A stretch of DNA of 64,000 bases, from contig CM041465.1 in assembly GCA_023213395.1 (NCBI GenBank), forward strand, positions 227,299,741 to 227,363,740. The letters are read 5' to 3'. Shown here in pieces: positions 13,521-28,910 of the stretch (the first letter of the stretch is position 1; the number at the start of each line of letters is the position of its first letter). The stretch comes from Cycas panzhihuaensis. Its lineage: Eukaryota; Plantae; Cycadophyta. The notes under the pieces were generated by a model that saw nothing but the letters and a program-made list of their open reading frames with translations, did no database searches and had not been told where the DNA came from. Made by a program: the position numbers and the translations under genes.

Positions 13521-16500
13521 AAAAAATATTTTAAAAGATTATTAAATGTATTATAAAATAATGTTAGATTGTTATAATAGACCAACGATGGAATAGTTGT
13601 AATAGATGGTTATAACCATATATATAGGAGAAATAAATATGAGCTATTGTAAGGGTGTCTACATAATGTATTCTCTATTGTTTTGTTATCTTACTGTGGC
13701 CTCTTTGTATACTATCTTGGCCTACATCTAGTTGTGAGAGGACCAGACACATAGCTCAATATTGAAAGGCTTGGTTTTTATACTCTAATTCCACTATGTC
13801 CTCTCTTTTACTTACTATTTATTGTGAAGAACAAGATTAAATGTATTAGGGAAGAAGAAGGAACATACAAAATTATATGATAAATAGCTCTATGGCCTCA
13901 TAAGTGCCTCTATAGATATATAATAGTTTAGCAATACACATGTCATTGATATAAGTATGACTATAAAAAGATGTTCCTTAATAAATTATTAAAAATGGCT
14001 CTCTTTTAATGATAATTTTTTATAAATTTAATATAAAATAGGGTTTTATAGAGCCTATGACATAAAATTTGATATTTTCTTCCTGTTTAAGGTATATTAC
14101 ATTAATATAAATCTTATCAAATGATTTGGAACCAAAGATAATACGTAAAAGTACCCAAAATAATGAAATAACATATGAAACTAACTTATTTTTTAACTTG
14201 ATATGATTTCAAGATGAATTTTCTATAATAAATCAACTCCAAATGGCATTTTGTGACTTCCATTATGAAGAGGGTTGAATTAAGATTTCAATGCATCTTT
14301 TAAATATGAAAAAAGGACTTCATTTACTCAAGTTATAATCAAAAGAACATTGTTAACTTCTTATAAAATAAAGGTGGCTAAAAAGTGAATATTAAGCCCC
14401 ATTCATGGTGGGGCTATTAGTCATGTGAATCCACCACGTGATCAAGGGGCTCTTTATTAAAGGGGCTGGTAAATTTAAATTAATTATAAGATCTAATTTA
14501 ATTTGAAATTATATTTACAATTTTTTTAAAGCCCACCAAAACTTTAAATATACCAAAACAATTTAGATAATTAAAAAATATATATTTAATGTCTACCAAA
14601 AGAAAACATGTTAGAAGCATGCCTTTAGGAGTTGCTATAGCCTATACACTCTTACAAGTTGTAGGAACAGTGAGCATAGAGAGAAGAGGTAAGATAGGTA
14701 GTAAAGCTACCCTCAAAGGGCCTCTATGTGTTGGAACATAGGTTCGAGGACCCACAACCATGCATTAACCATTCCTTTTACTTTAGGTAGCCCTCTAGGC
14801 TAGGGATAGTAAGATAGAGGCATCCTCAGGATGCCAAGTGGCCTAAGTGGGGCTCTCCTACCCCTAGGAGGTAACTAAGGAATGGGGGCCTCCTTTTAGG
14901 AAAGGAAACAAAAGGAGATTAGTTCCTTACAAAAATGGGTTGAAGAGCAAAAAGGGATTGGGGGGATGGTTTTGAATGGATTTGATGCTCTATAGGAGGT
15001 TTACTACTAAAGGTTTTGGGTGTTGATTGAAGCAAGCAGAGCATGGTAGTGTTGCGACTATCAATAAGAAATCATAGCTAAGGCAACTTCATGTGAAGTA
15101 GTTAGAAGGTAAGGTTGTAGTAGATGTTGCAAGAAAGAGATGTTTGGTAAGGGGGGAGGTCCTAGATGCAAGACCACAATGAACTAAAAAGGGTTGCAAC
15201 CACTCAATTGTATCCAAATAAGGAGTAACTTCTTAGTATCTAAGAAGGTGGGAAAGACTCAAATATTGCTTATCTATTTTATTATTTTATTTTCTAGTTA
15301 TTTTCTTACTTATTCATTTGCTGACAAGAAGTAGTATGTGTAGGAGATAAGAGGATTGGCCACTTGCAATTTGTTGCAAGTAGGGGTTTGAAGTAGTTTG
15401 TTTGATACTTAAAGGTTTATATTTAGGGGGCTTAGGTTTAGTGTTAAGCTTAGAGGGATGTTACAACCATTTGGTTACAACTAGGTTTTGAGCTTCTCCT
15501 TGGGTTGTAAGAAGGAGGGGAATGGTAGGTAGTTATTTGTTCATTTGTTATAATTCAGGTTTTATTTTGAAATAATAATTATTCTAATGTTTATGAAATA
15601 AATAAGAAACTACAATAAAGTATACTAACTACTCTCCCTCCCTCTTATTTCCTTTTTTCTCAAAGGGATCATTTTAGGGGAGTAAAAGAAAGATGGGAGA
15701 ATATGATAACTATCTATTTGCAACTAGATTCTCTTTTAATGCAATAAATGAAATGAAATGTAATAACATTTCTTACTTATGTAAGAAAGAACTTAAAGTA
15801 CCTTTAGAATCCTTTCCTATATGTGTTATGCAAGGCTAGGAGAAAGGGGAAACATACAAGCTTTTCCTTTCAAATGCAGGGGGGGAGAGGAGAATGATTT
15901 ATTTATGCTATGCTTTTCTTCTACACGAGATGCATAAGCATGAAAGAAAAGAAATAAAATGCTTTCTCTTTAATATATTTTCCTTTTAGGACAAGGGATG
16001 TAGAATGACAAGGAGAGAGAGGGTTGAGTGGAATGCACCTAGTTCCATGATGTTTAGTGAAATAGCGCAACTCTTCCTCATACGTCCTCCTTACTAACAA
16101 CTTGGCTTCCCTTATTGTTATGGGTGTTATCGACAAGCTTTGAGTGGGGCTTCCTTACCTTCACCAAGTTTAAGCAAGTAAAATAGAAAGGGTGAATGAT
16201 AACAGGAAAATAAAATTATAACTAAATCAAGAAAAAAATAAGGAACGACATTAGCTTTTGGCGAGATATCACTTCATTTGTGGATGGGTCTACCTCCACC
16301 TATATTACATGGTCAAACAATTTCTACAAGCAACGAGTATTCATACATGTACACCAATCTATCAATGTATGATAACTAGAATATTTATTTTCATTATGTA
16401 ATGGCAAAGCAAGATCATAAACAATGTTTGCCTACCTAGTATAACATGCAACAAATAAGAGAAGCAAAAGGTAAGAAGGAGTGCAAGTGTTGCCTTAGAA

Positions 16501-18679
16501 TGGAAAGCTCCACTATAAACACAGTTTCTCCCAAATGCATAAATGTTACCTCACAGTCAGATAATGGTATCTTAGAGGCAAAAAATCTATGGGTTGGGTG
16601 ATGGATCACCTAAGGGAAGGTTGCAAGTTTCACGCCCAAGCAGTTAACTAGTTGAGGTATAGAGAAGTAGGATGTTTGCTAGCTTTGATGAGGGGATTAC
16701 CCTAGCAGAGGGGAGGCTTTTTACAGTCAAAACTCAAGCCCAAGTCCCTTCTTATGATCTCTTCTAGCTACTCCTACCCTCTTCTTACCAAAAACTAATG
16801 GCTTGGGAAGTGAAACTTAAGGTTTAATAGAGATGGCTCTCAATAAGCATATAAAAGACTTCTAAATTTGAAAAAAATCACTGAAATGTACATCTAATAC
16901 TTGAAGAGATAAAGTAAAACTCAAGTGTTTAGTAGCCAAAAAAATCTTAACAAGATGACTTACCTTTTAGTTAGAGAAGAAACTAGCTTAAGTTGAGAGT
17001 TTTGATCTAAGAAATCAAGCCTTTTGGGGAGAAAATTGGTGTTTGAGGGAAGAAACCAAGCTCCTTCAAGTGCCTTAATAACTTGGGGTTGTTCTCTTAT
17101 TATTGTAGAGCATGATTCTGCTTTTCCCTTTACTAAAAAATTATTTTATAACCTAAACTATAGTTAGATACAAAGAGGATGAGAGTTTTCCTTTGAAAGT
17201 AGTAAGAAATTGAGTAGAAGATCCCCCAAATAGGTTTGAAGTTGAGTTTTTATGGTTCAGGTGAGGTCTTATGACCATTAGGGCCTGATCTAGGCTAGTC
17301 CCAAGGCCAGATTGCATGTTAGACCTACAATAAATGTAGATCTAGTTGTTTTTGGCCATATTTAGGTCTATAACAGTCATATCACGAATTATTTTGTAGT
17401 ACCACTAATATATTAGTGGCATCGATAATATATTAGTGGGGCATAATAATTAGAGCAGGGCTGATAAAAACTAGCACAGTGTGGTAGCAGATTCAAAGAC
17501 TTATCCATAAATTGATGAATGTGAATAAAATTAATCAAATGGAAGGGGAGGGATGACTGTTGGGACCTGAGACACCTCCCTAAAGGCCTATAAGCTGACT
17601 CCAAGTCATTCCATAGGTGGAAACTTGTCAGAAACATACAAAAATCGTGTTATAATTAGTTAGAACTCCATGTAATCACATATGTTGGGGTACATACAAG
17701 GCCCAAATAGCCACCAACAATGGAATACATAATATATCTCATGCAGAATAAGTAGGGAAGGGTGTTTTTCTCATAGAGGAGGGATCAACAAGCTGCCTTT
17801 GGCAGACCAAAGGGATAAACGAGGCATAACAAAAGAAAAGATGATGCTGGAAGTATATGAAATGGATTTAAGATTATCTAAACTACCAAAACATGCAAGG
17901 AACCAATTTCCATGAGGGAGTTCACCACAAGAGCTTAATATCACCATTGGATAGGAGTCCTTATCATCATAGGTAGGAATCACACATAGGTAAAGAGATC
18001 AAGTAGACAATCCAAGCAACCAAGCAACCATACAATCATTACTCAATCTAATAATAAGAGAAATGAAACAAAAAGAAAGATGAAGAGTATATACCTGATC
18101 TTACCTATGCGGTGCCATCCCAGTCCATTCCTGGTGGCCAGAAAACACTATCCCCTTTGTAATATAACCTCATCACTCAGAGGTATGAGATGACAGTGAA
18201 TGCTATCAATATAAATTATTAGTAAGACATATCTAAATCTATGTGTTGGTATCTAAGGTAGGTGATAAATGTTATGGTAGACCATGTAGATAGGAAAATA
18301 CATATTTAGGTAAGGAGAGGGAGGTGTATCTCATTTAATCCTTAAGGTATGGAGCCCTAGACCCGAGGTGTTCATGGGGCAGCAGAAAAGAGTGACATGG
18401 GGGTTGCCCATGGTGACAGCTAGGAGGGTAATATGGTCCTATAGGATAAAATGGGATCAGAATCCCTATAAAAATGAATGAAAAGTAGAGAAGGAGGAGG
18501 GAGGCAAGGGGGATGCCTCGTCTCCCTAAGACATAATGGAAGGATAATCTAAAATATGATAAGAAATATATAATGAATAATACCTAGGTTGAGTCACAAA
18601 CAAAGCTTAGGTCACCCTAGTTTAACCTTATCAATGGCCTATTTTTAGAGGTAGAAGAGAAAGAATTATCAAGGAGTTA

Positions 18680-19177
18680 GAGATGATGCTCGAGAATAAG
18701 GCATACTAAGCTATCTACTTCAGCATTTTAATCATGAGAGATGTATTAAATATCCACTGAAGTGAAAAAGGATAAAAGAGACCTAGTAGTCAAGGTAAGG
18801 GACCTAATTTAGGGGTGAAGGACTCAATAAACCTAAGTCAACTACAACACACCAATTTAAGAGTCATAATGAAGAATGATGGATCCACGATGGAAGCAAA
18901 GTACATCGGTAAGAGCCTTGATAATGGCCATGTACTCTACTTCATTGTTCATGGCTTTTGGCAGATAAATCCCCAAGTGTATAAGGTCATACCCAAAAGG
19001 GTCTCGGATGATCCATGCAGTTGCAGAAGGCCCTAGGTTACCATAGCTACCATAATCCATATAAATAAGAAGAATCATAGTGCTAGAGCAAGAGAATAAG
19101 GGGTTTATGAAGAGGTAAGAAGTAAGAGAAAGGATGGTAAAACTCAAATGCTCATGATAACTCAAAAGGCTAGCCAT
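18680..19177 (-). pseudogene. Archaeal-type RNase HI (aRH) of a Tat retrotransposon, degenerate
   Basis: LIYMDYGSYGNLGP..AWIIRDP.G...NNEVEYMAIIKAL...YDS, continuing through stops to YISHD*NAEVDSL; matches the DGxSxGNPG / TNNxAEY / DS / HIxRxxNxxAD pattern. Confidence 0.85.
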
Positions 19178-20233
19178 GGGAGGATAGGAAAGCCCTGCAG
19201 GTAGGCTATCAAGGTCACAGAGGACTCGCCCTATGGAAGGAAGGGGGCGATCATGGAGTTAAGCTTACCAACAAGAACCGAGAGTTGGTATGGGGCCAAC
19301 TAGGGGCCTAAACCAAGGAGGAGGTTCTACGAGGAGTGAAATAGGCTTGAAAGACTAGTGAAAATGGATCTAGGATGTCAAAATAGGTCACTATAATATA
19401 AACACTAATACATTTCAAGTGGCTCAAAAAACAAGAAAATGGGCTCTCTGGGGAGCTAAAAATGACATTATAAATATGCACAAAAACTAAGAAAAGGCAT
19501 GCTTGGAAAGGAAAATGGGCTTAGACCCTAAAGGGATTAGGGATAAGCTTAGAAAACTAGGCCAAATGGTAGTCTCATAGAGAGAGAAGGACGTTGTGCC
19601 CCCGTTAGGTCCTATGAATACAAGAGGAATAGGTGTAGAAATAGGATTCATTTTCATGCCCTTGATTCAGTAGCAAAGCTCTACCTAATCCCATCCCAAT
19701 TTTTGCCTCCATTATAAGCCCCCTAAGAGAGATCTAGCCATTGGATTATCACACTGAGGGAGATATTAAGACTAGAAGTAAGCCATGGCTGTAGTCAAGT
19801 CTGATCTAGTATGTTGATCTAAGCCATGATCTTAATTTTTGAGATTTTGTCATTAATTCTTTTAATAGTAGTTTGGGCCCTTCTATGTGTAAATTGGGCT
19901 TTGTGGGACCCATTTGAGGACCTTGAAGGATCTGGACCAGGGCATTAGGGAGCCTTAGTCCTAGTGGACTAACTACAGCCCACAGAAAATAATTCTTTTT
20001 TTAAAGTGTTTTTTAGCTTTTAATAAGGGAAGCTGCAGGACTGTGAACTTCCTCATGGGCCATGCTACAAATCTACAGGGCCTGTTGGTATATTTTAAGT
20101 CTTGTAAATATATTAGTGAGGCCAGGGTAGATGGTTTCAAGAAAGAAAAACTTTAAGATTCTTAAAAGGTTTCTTGATTTTTGATGATTGGAGAGAGCTT
20201 TTGACTGACAAAGAGGAGATTAGCCAACTAGTG

Positions 20234-22100
20234 ATGGCATTTATGGTTTTTGTAGCCTATTATTGCAATTAATAACTATAAAAACATTAGTGCACTGATA
20301 GTTGGGTTCATTGAGTTACTGGATAAACAAGAGAGGGTGATCTTATGATGATGTGGGCTAAAGAAGATTGTCTGTACACCTCAATATGCATTAGACTAGG
20401 CCTTCCTAGTAGATATTATCTCTCATTGAGATCCATAGAGGCATGTATTCCACCTCCTATCAGTGGGAGATTTTACCATCACTCCTATAGATGTTTGGCA
20501 GATTATGGGAGTGCCAGATAGGGGTGCACTAGTAGCATTGGGTACTCTTCTGAGCACGGATGCAGCACATCGAGAGGCTACAAGATTCTTCACAAGTTGG
20601 GGTCACTGGGACCATTGGGGGATATCATTGAGAGCCATCATTTTGTCAAGGATTTATTGTATGAGGAAGATTATAGTTTTTACCATTCTATTATGGATCT
20701 CCTAGTAATAAAACTATAACGATGTACCAAGGGGATGGATGATGACCATGAGGAGATGCGAGCATGGGGAGTGCTTCGACTAGGCCGCTTTAACAATGGA
20801 TAATGGCCCAACTTAACCAGATCATGAGAGTAAGACAAAGAGGATTCTCATATTTCACCCTCCTCTAATGATGGTTCTTTGATCACTTCTGTGGAGTAGC
20901 ACTACCAATAGGTCCATAGCCCAGAGTAGTCAATGCTCCAATAGTGCATAGGTAGAAAACCTGATTCTGGAGTGCAGGGAGTTGGCATATGTTAAATGAT
21001 CAATGGCAGTCACATCCTTAATTCTCCTTATGTTAGGTGATTACATAAAGGACCCGTATCATATTATCCACTGGGGGATAAATAAGGAAGGAGGCAAGGT
21101 AGGGGGTACTTAAGAGAGAAGTCAGGGGATGAGGAGGAGAGTGACAGTGCTACCAGAAATGACTCAGAGGTAGAGGTAGAAATGGTAGAAGTAGAGGTAG
21201 AAATTGTAGAAGTAGAGGAGGTGGCTTTAACTACAAGTAGGAAGAAGGTCCTTGAAGTAGAGAAGGCTAAGGGAGGTGATGCACCAGCTACCCTAGGGGA
21301 GGAGGAGGATCTAGGAGCAGAGGAGATAACAATTACAGTTATGGACATGGTAGTTGAGGACATGCCAGCCACTCTAGGAAGTGAGATCTCCCTCTCTTCT
21401 CTAGCTTTAGCTTTTGATTTGGCTATTTGATGCCTATAGGAGTTATTTAATATACTATACAGATGATAGATGCTCATAGATTATTGTATATGTTCCATAC
21501 TGACACCCTAGTATATTTAGATGGCAAGTGGAGATGACATAGGAGAGATAATTAGATTGGTGGTTGTTAAGCTCTTCCCACAAGTACATGAGGAGGGGTA
21601 ACCTCCTATCATAGATAATGGGGAGCCTAGATTAATAGGATAATACATCATAGATTTTGCCCCTCTCATACGAGTGCATGATATATGGGCTACAAAGGCC
21701 TAGGAGCTATGAGGTGAGAGGGACTAGCTCCACTAAGAGGGGGATCAATTGTGAACTAAGAGGGATCAACTATAGGCTCAAGTGTAGGTACTAAAAACCT
21801 AGGTACAAGGGGTAAGAGCTAATACAGGAGGTGAGGTTTGGGTCATCGTGCTAGAGGAGAGGCTTCATAGGATGGAGAGGGAGTGAGATCATTTGCAGGA
21901 GTAGTACAACTAACTAGTTGACTAGATGTCTACCTAGTTGCCACGTAGTAGGATCCATACTGCTATACCTACCTAGTAGAGGGTACAAGACAAGGAGAAT
22001 GAGGCCAAAACCTCAGCAAGATGGTAGAGGATCTTAGGAGGGATGTTGTTTCTAGGTGATGGAGCAAATATACTAGGAGATGATATGCCATGAAAAAGCG
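20234..22100 (+). pseudogene. Plant mobile domain (aminotransferase-like PMD) ORF with acidic linker and coiled-coil-like tail, antisense to Tat copy 1
   Basis: LD*AFLVDIISH*DP*RHVFHLLSVGDFTITPIDVWQIMGVPDRG resembles the PMD motif L..LxERW.PET..FH...GE.TITL.DV..I.GLP..G; FD*AA at ~20775; E/D-rich segment 21100-21400; heptad-like segment 21700-21920. Confidence 0.75.
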
Positions 22101-22250
22101 GTAGCCTCACGAGGCTATTGTACTATAAATTTTATGATAGGAAAGTTCTAGGCCGCTAGGGGGTTCGTGGATGTATGACTATACTTCCCTCTTGTAAGGC
22201 TTCTAGCTTCCTTAGGCATATTACCAACACTATATACCATTATTTATCAT

Positions 22251-24524
<2,274 letters not shown>

Positions 24525-25222
24525 ATAGGGACCACATTGGTACCCCATTTTGATATACATTGGCTATTTTGTTGATTATGGATGTATGGATATAGATAGA
24601 TAGATATGCATATGCATGTGGACGTGTAGGTGCATAGATCATAGTTTAGATTTAAATTACATTCTATTATATCATATATATACATATGTTTTTAGCTTGA
24701 ATGCTTTCTTTCATATAGCATGGTACTCAAACTAGGCACACACAATCACCCTATGTAGCAGGTGGCCTTGCATGGGACTTAGGCAAGGGGATCACACATC
24801 TCAAATGGAACATGGTATTTTTGTCAAGAAAGCAACCAAAATGAGTATGGATACCCCAAGGAAATAATCAAAAGGAGATATGGACTATCCCAAGGGACTT
24901 CTCCAAGTAGTGACTCATGCTCAGAAGTAGGTGAGGTTGCTTCCCTAGATGAAACCCTAACCACAAATGTGGCAACAAACCAATATAAGGTAACAATTGC
25001 TAATATTCATAGACAAAATGGTGCTTCATTATTGAAGGGGGGTAAGTAGCTCCTTCAAAAAGGGGCATGGCTATATCATCAACATACAGAGTAGCTAAAG
25101 ACCCAAACATGTATCATGCTTACATGCTTCCAGTGTAGAGGCATGGTGAAGCATCTGGGAGGCAGGTTAGGGTCATTTTAGAGTGAAGGAGAGGCACCCA
25201 TTCTACTTAGAAGTAGAAGGGG

Positions 25223-28130
25223 TCACACATAGAATTTCTTCGAGAATTTGTCATTCATAACTTTATCAAACTTGAGTCCTTCCAATGTAGCTATCCTATA
25301 AGCGTCATTGTTAAGGTTCTTGAGGATGACAAAAGGGCCCACCCATTTGGGGTAGAACTTAGACAAGAAATCATGGAGATACTCTAACTTGAGGACTTGG
25401 TCCCCTAGGTTTAAGGGGAAAGGGCATAGCCATCTATCATACATCCTACATTCCCTAGCTTTAGAGTCAAAGTTAGTTTAGTAAACTGGCAAGTGTTTCT
25501 CATCTAAACCCTCCAAATCAAGGAGGCAAGCTTGACGGTGCCATTTCTCATTGACGAATCCCCTAAGGGAGACCCTGAGAGAGGGGATCTCAACCTCTAA
25601 GGATAAAACCACATCTATCCCATAAACCATGGAGAATGAAGTCATCCCTATAGTAGTATGAATCAACATGCAGTAGGCCCATAAGGCTGAGTGAAGCTGG
25701 GAGTGCCAATCTCCTTGAGATTGGGTAACCATCTTCTTCAAAATATTGATGAGGGTTTTGTTGAAGGATTTAATCTAGCCATTGGCATAGGGGTAATAAG
25801 GGATGATGTTTTATGAGAAATCCTAAATTTCTCACAAATCTCATCTATCTCCTTATTATAAAAGGGCATACCATTATCTGTGATCAAAATGTTAGGGGAC
25901 CTCGAATCGATAAACAATGTATTGGTAGATGAAGGTGGCAATAGTCTTGCCTATAATAGATGATAACATAATCACTTTCACCTATTTGATGAAGAATTCT
26001 ATCACGGTTAAAATAAACTTATGTTGCGATGAAGAAGGAGGAGTAATAGCTTTAATGAGGTCTAACCCCCATTACAAGAAAGGCCATGGGGATATGATAG
26101 GTTAGAGCACCCCAAAGGATAAATAGATCACATTGGCATGCTCTTATCACTTGTGGCAACATTGCACATAGGTGTGGGCATCTTTAAATAAGGATAGCCA
26201 ATAGTAACCCATGCGAAGGATCCTTTGATCCATGGATTAGCCCCCAAAATGGCCTCTACAGATGCCATTATGGCATTCATAGAGGATTTGGCTAACTTCA
26301 TTAAGGTTTATGCAATAAAGGAGGACTTCGTTGAAGGACCTCTTATACAATATATCCTCCATGAGGAAGTATTACCTAGCGGTAGCTCTAACACATGACT
26401 TTACTTTGTCACTAGTATTAGGAGGGTATTGTTATTATGTAAGATATTATACAATATCCCCATACCATTTGTTATCAGCTAATGGATGGGGAGACAAACC
26501 CTAGAGAGTCAGGATGGGCTTATTAGGCAATAAATCATTGATTGGAAGGTTTAAGGGATTCAGGATGTAGGTGCCAACCAATTATTCAGTGACCACCATT
26601 CCCTTCTTGGATTTTCTATTAACAATCTTAAAGTTATTTTCCTTGAGGAGGATGGCCCATTTACTTGTCCTTCCCATTAAGTTAGACCCAGTTAAGAGAT
26701 ACCTCAAAGGATTAGATTAAATAATCACATAGGTGGTATTACTTAGGAGGTAATACCTAAACTTCTTAGAAGTGTGGACTAAGGCTAAGCACATAGGGTA
26801 ATTTAACTTAGTTGCCACTAATGTATAGTTGATAAAATAGATGGCTCTCTTAGTCCTAGAGTCATCTTCTTGGGCTAGCATATCTCCCAAGAATTCATTA
26901 GTGGCTGAGGTGTACAAGATGAATGGATGGTCAAAGAGGGGGGATGCCAATATGGGGGCAGAGACCAGGGCTCTTTTGAGTTCCTAGAACACCTCTTAGG
27001 CCTTAGAAGACCATACAAATGGGGTCCCCTTCTTCAATATGTTAGTTAGAGGTTTGGCATTTATGGCAAAATCTGCCAAAAAATGTCTCAAGAAACCTAG
27101 CCTCCCAAAGAGTTACTTCATCTATCACTGCGTTCTTGGGGGAGGCATATCAAGGATGACCTTGACCTTATTAGGGTCGATTTGGATCCTTTGTTTGGAG
27201 ACAAGGAAACCCAAGAGCTTGCTATACATCACCATGAATATGTATTTGAGTGGGTTTAGGCTAACATGGTATTTGCAACACCTCATAAAAATAATGCAAA
27301 GGTCAGCAGGATGGTTGGTCCTCTTACGAGAGAGGCCCATCATGTCATCTATGAAAACCTCAAAGGTTTTATTTATGAGATCATGGAAGACGAACTACAT
27401 TTCCCTTTGATAAGTGGCACCTACATTCTTCAATCCAAAGGGCATAACCTTATAGGTGAATGTGCCCCATAGGGTTATGAAGGTCATCTTATGATGGTCT
27501 TCATGGGATATCTAGATTTAGTTATACCCAAAGAAGCTATCCATTAAGGAAATGGCTTCAAAACTAGTAGTCAAGTCAATGATTTTATCAATAAAAGGTA
27601 AAAGAAATTTATCTTTAGGATAAGCATTATTTATATCCTAAAATCCAATGTCAATTCAAATCATGCCATTCTTCTTAGTGATGAGTATGATGTTAGAGAC
27701 CCATTTAGGGTAATCAATGGAAGTGATGAGCCCTACATCTAAGAGCTTTTCTACTTCCATATTCATAGTAGTTAAGAGTTTAGAATGAAAGAGGCATTAT
27801 TTTTATCACACGGGGGATGTGTCTAGAATGGTTGTGAGGTTATGGGTAACAATTGAGGGGTCTATCCCATTCATATCCGAGTAGTCCCATGTGAAGATGT
27901 CATAAAACTCTTGGAATAGATGGGTATATTCCTCCATTTCCTTAGGAGAACACTCTGCTCCTACCATGATGACCTTACTGAGGGAAAGGATGATGTCCTT
28001 CATTACCCCTGTGCACATGGTGTTCCCTTCCTCAAAGTAAGGGAAGCTTGGTTAATCGAAGGGAGTGAGAGAGCGTTAGATGGGTTTGTGTCAATGAGAG
28101 GCGACCCTAAATCTAGAGACTTCTAGAAAC
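25223..28130 (-). mobile_element. Tat-type Ty3/Gypsy pol (RT-RH-INT), copy 1, degenerate and 5'-truncated
   Basis: YDIFTWDYSDMNGIDPSIVTH; LNPLK...KLLGFLVS..I.IDPNKV; FILYTSA...MLAQED...AIY; LITDNG; WHSQLHSALWAY; GDQVL..FYPKWVGPF. No aRH between RH and INT. Confidence 0.92.
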
Positions 28131-28199
28131 CAAGTCTATAGTGATAGAAAGGGAGATTAGGTATGTAAGGTTATTAGGTATCAAAGCTAGTCACTTATT

Positions 28200-28910
28200 T
28201 TATTAATATTCTGATATTTAGTAAATCTAAGGTGGAACACTTGAGATATTTATAGATGGTCTTTGATCTACTTTAGTAAGAGAAACTATATATGAACCTT
28301 GAGAAGAGTAGTTTTATGTAAAACTATCTAGTATACTTGGGATTTATTATTTCACAAGATAGATTATTAATGAATCCTTCTAAAGTAAAAGTTATCATTG
28401 AATGACCAATTCTAACTACCATCACTAGGGTTAGAAGTTTCTATGGTATGGAAAATTTTTATAGAAAATTTATTAAGAAAATGGTATAGTTACACCAATC
28501 ACAAATTGTACTAAGGGAAGTGTATTCAAGTGGATAAAAGAAGCCTACGTAAGCTTTGAATTATTAAAGAAAAAGATTATGAAGGTAGTAACATTGGGAT
28601 TACCAAATTTTAATAGAGATTTTTAAGTTGAATATGATGCATCAACGGTAGGCACTAATGTAATGCTTAATTAAGTAGACAAATTAATTACATTTTCTAA
28701 TGAGAAAATGAGAAGAGATATTCTACATATGATATAGCATTTTATGTTTGGTATAAACATTACAATTTTGGAGATATTATTTACATCCTAAGTATGTATT
28801 CACTATACTGATCATCAAGCTTTAAAGTTTATTAATTTTCAAAGTAGGTTTAGCATTAGGCATGCAAAATGGATGGAATACATTTAGAGTTATTCCTTTG
28901 TAATTAAGCA
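28200..28910 (+). mobile_element. Chromovirus (CRM-like) RT-RH fragment
   Basis: LYMNLEKSSF...YLGFIIS...NPSKVKVI.E*P...VRSFYG..NFYRKFIK; VEYDAS; YTDHQALKFIN...RHAKWMEY. Confidence 0.8.

Noticed and set aside
14600-18600. 3' LTR of Tat copy 1, a possible gag remnant near 14650 and a possible PBS TGGCGAG near 16260
   Set aside because: Probably retroelement-derived, but I found no partner LTR, TSD or convincing motif, so no boundaries can be supported.
18680-19177. Horizontally transferred prokaryotic rnhA gene
   Set aside because: Archaeal-type RNase H is a known Tat domain, and this copy is as decayed as the surrounding element.
21064-21477. Ser/Thr-rich 137-aa ORF on the minus strand
   Set aside because: It is the antisense shadow of the acidic linker in the PMD ORF.
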